Shown here piece by piece: positions 63,321-64,000 of a stretch of DNA of 64,000 nucleotides. Position 1 is the stretch's first letter; each line of letters opens with the position of its first letter. The notes below the pieces were generated by a model. That model had not been told where the DNA came from. It ran no database searches and saw only the letters and a program-made list of their open reading frames with translations. Made by a program: the position numbers and the translations under genes. Origin of the DNA: Camelus ferus (taxonomy: Eukaryota); NCBI RefSeq assembly GCF_009834535.1, contig NC_045697.1, forward strand, positions 80,664,001 through 80,728,000. Reading direction: 5' to 3'.

Positions 63321-64000
63321 CAAAGTGTTCCATTTTGGTCTTTCAGTCAAGCTGTGTTCTCAAAGTTAGTTTTACCAAAAAACTGTATACTTTGGAAAAT
63401 AAAGTTAACACCACATTCTAGTTCCTATACAGCTCCTGTGTGTATTTCTTAGTGTGTTAACCCCTTTGGTGAGAAGGATTGTGATTGATGAATGCCCCTG
63501 GACCCAGAGAATAATACCTGAAAATAACAGACTGTATCAGCCAAAGCTGGCACATATGGTTGGGGAGAGGGTGGATGGGAAGACTGAATGTAGAGATTTG
63601 GTAGACTCACTTTCAATATTTGGCTTTGATAATTATAAATACTATATACATGCTATCTATATAATATATGTAATTATGTGTCTATGGCAGCTATCTCAGA
63701 GATAAGGGATTATGAGTTTCCATCTTAACTATATTTTTGAGGAGTTTACTTCAGATTTTCTGAAATGAATTCGTGTGATTTATACACTACACAGGGAATA
63801 ATAAACCCCATTGAAAAATAATTCTAAAGCAAAGGGAAGGAACTTCCTTTGGTAATAATATGTTCCACTTAGTGTGCTGAAGAGAACTTTCTGTTCTCCG
63901 TCTGCTTGATAGCAGTCTTGCCTGAATACTAATACACACAAAACACCTGCACTTCTAGACTGGAAACAAATTCCAATAGTTCCCGTGTTCACACAGTGCA

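Overview
This is AT-rich mammalian (eutherian) non-coding DNA, intergenic or deep intronic, and roughly half or more of it is transposable-element debris. I found no recognisable host protein-coding gene, RNA gene or CRISPR array. Nearly all listed ORFs are chance ORFs; the exceptions are L1 ORF1/ORF2 remnants and a class III (ERVL-like) pol remnant. The repeats present are MIR, L2, L1M/HAL1, MLT1/MLT2, MER2B, a Tigger1-derived MITE, a MER41-like LTR and younger L1s. I saw no Alu, B1/B2, BovB/Bov-tA, PRE-1 or Can-SINE. This points to a non-ruminant, non-suid cetartiodactyl, probably a camelid (inference). The most unusual content is non-standard L1 retrotransposition. (1) Four L1s of different ages have a true 5' end fused directly to a 3' end, with most or all of ORF2 missing, and each has a candidate target-site duplication (TSD). 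(2) The youngest is a 'half-L1'-like ORF1-only element with a splice-like junction and a 3' transduction. (3) A tail-less RT-only ORF2 fragment carries a perfect TSD at a TTTT/AA site, suggesting internal priming. (4) Two L1s sit in the same target site, leaving three TSD copies. (5) One L1 has a twin-primed 5' inversion. Subfamily names were assigned from memory of consensus sequences without any search, and boundaries of old repeats are approximate.
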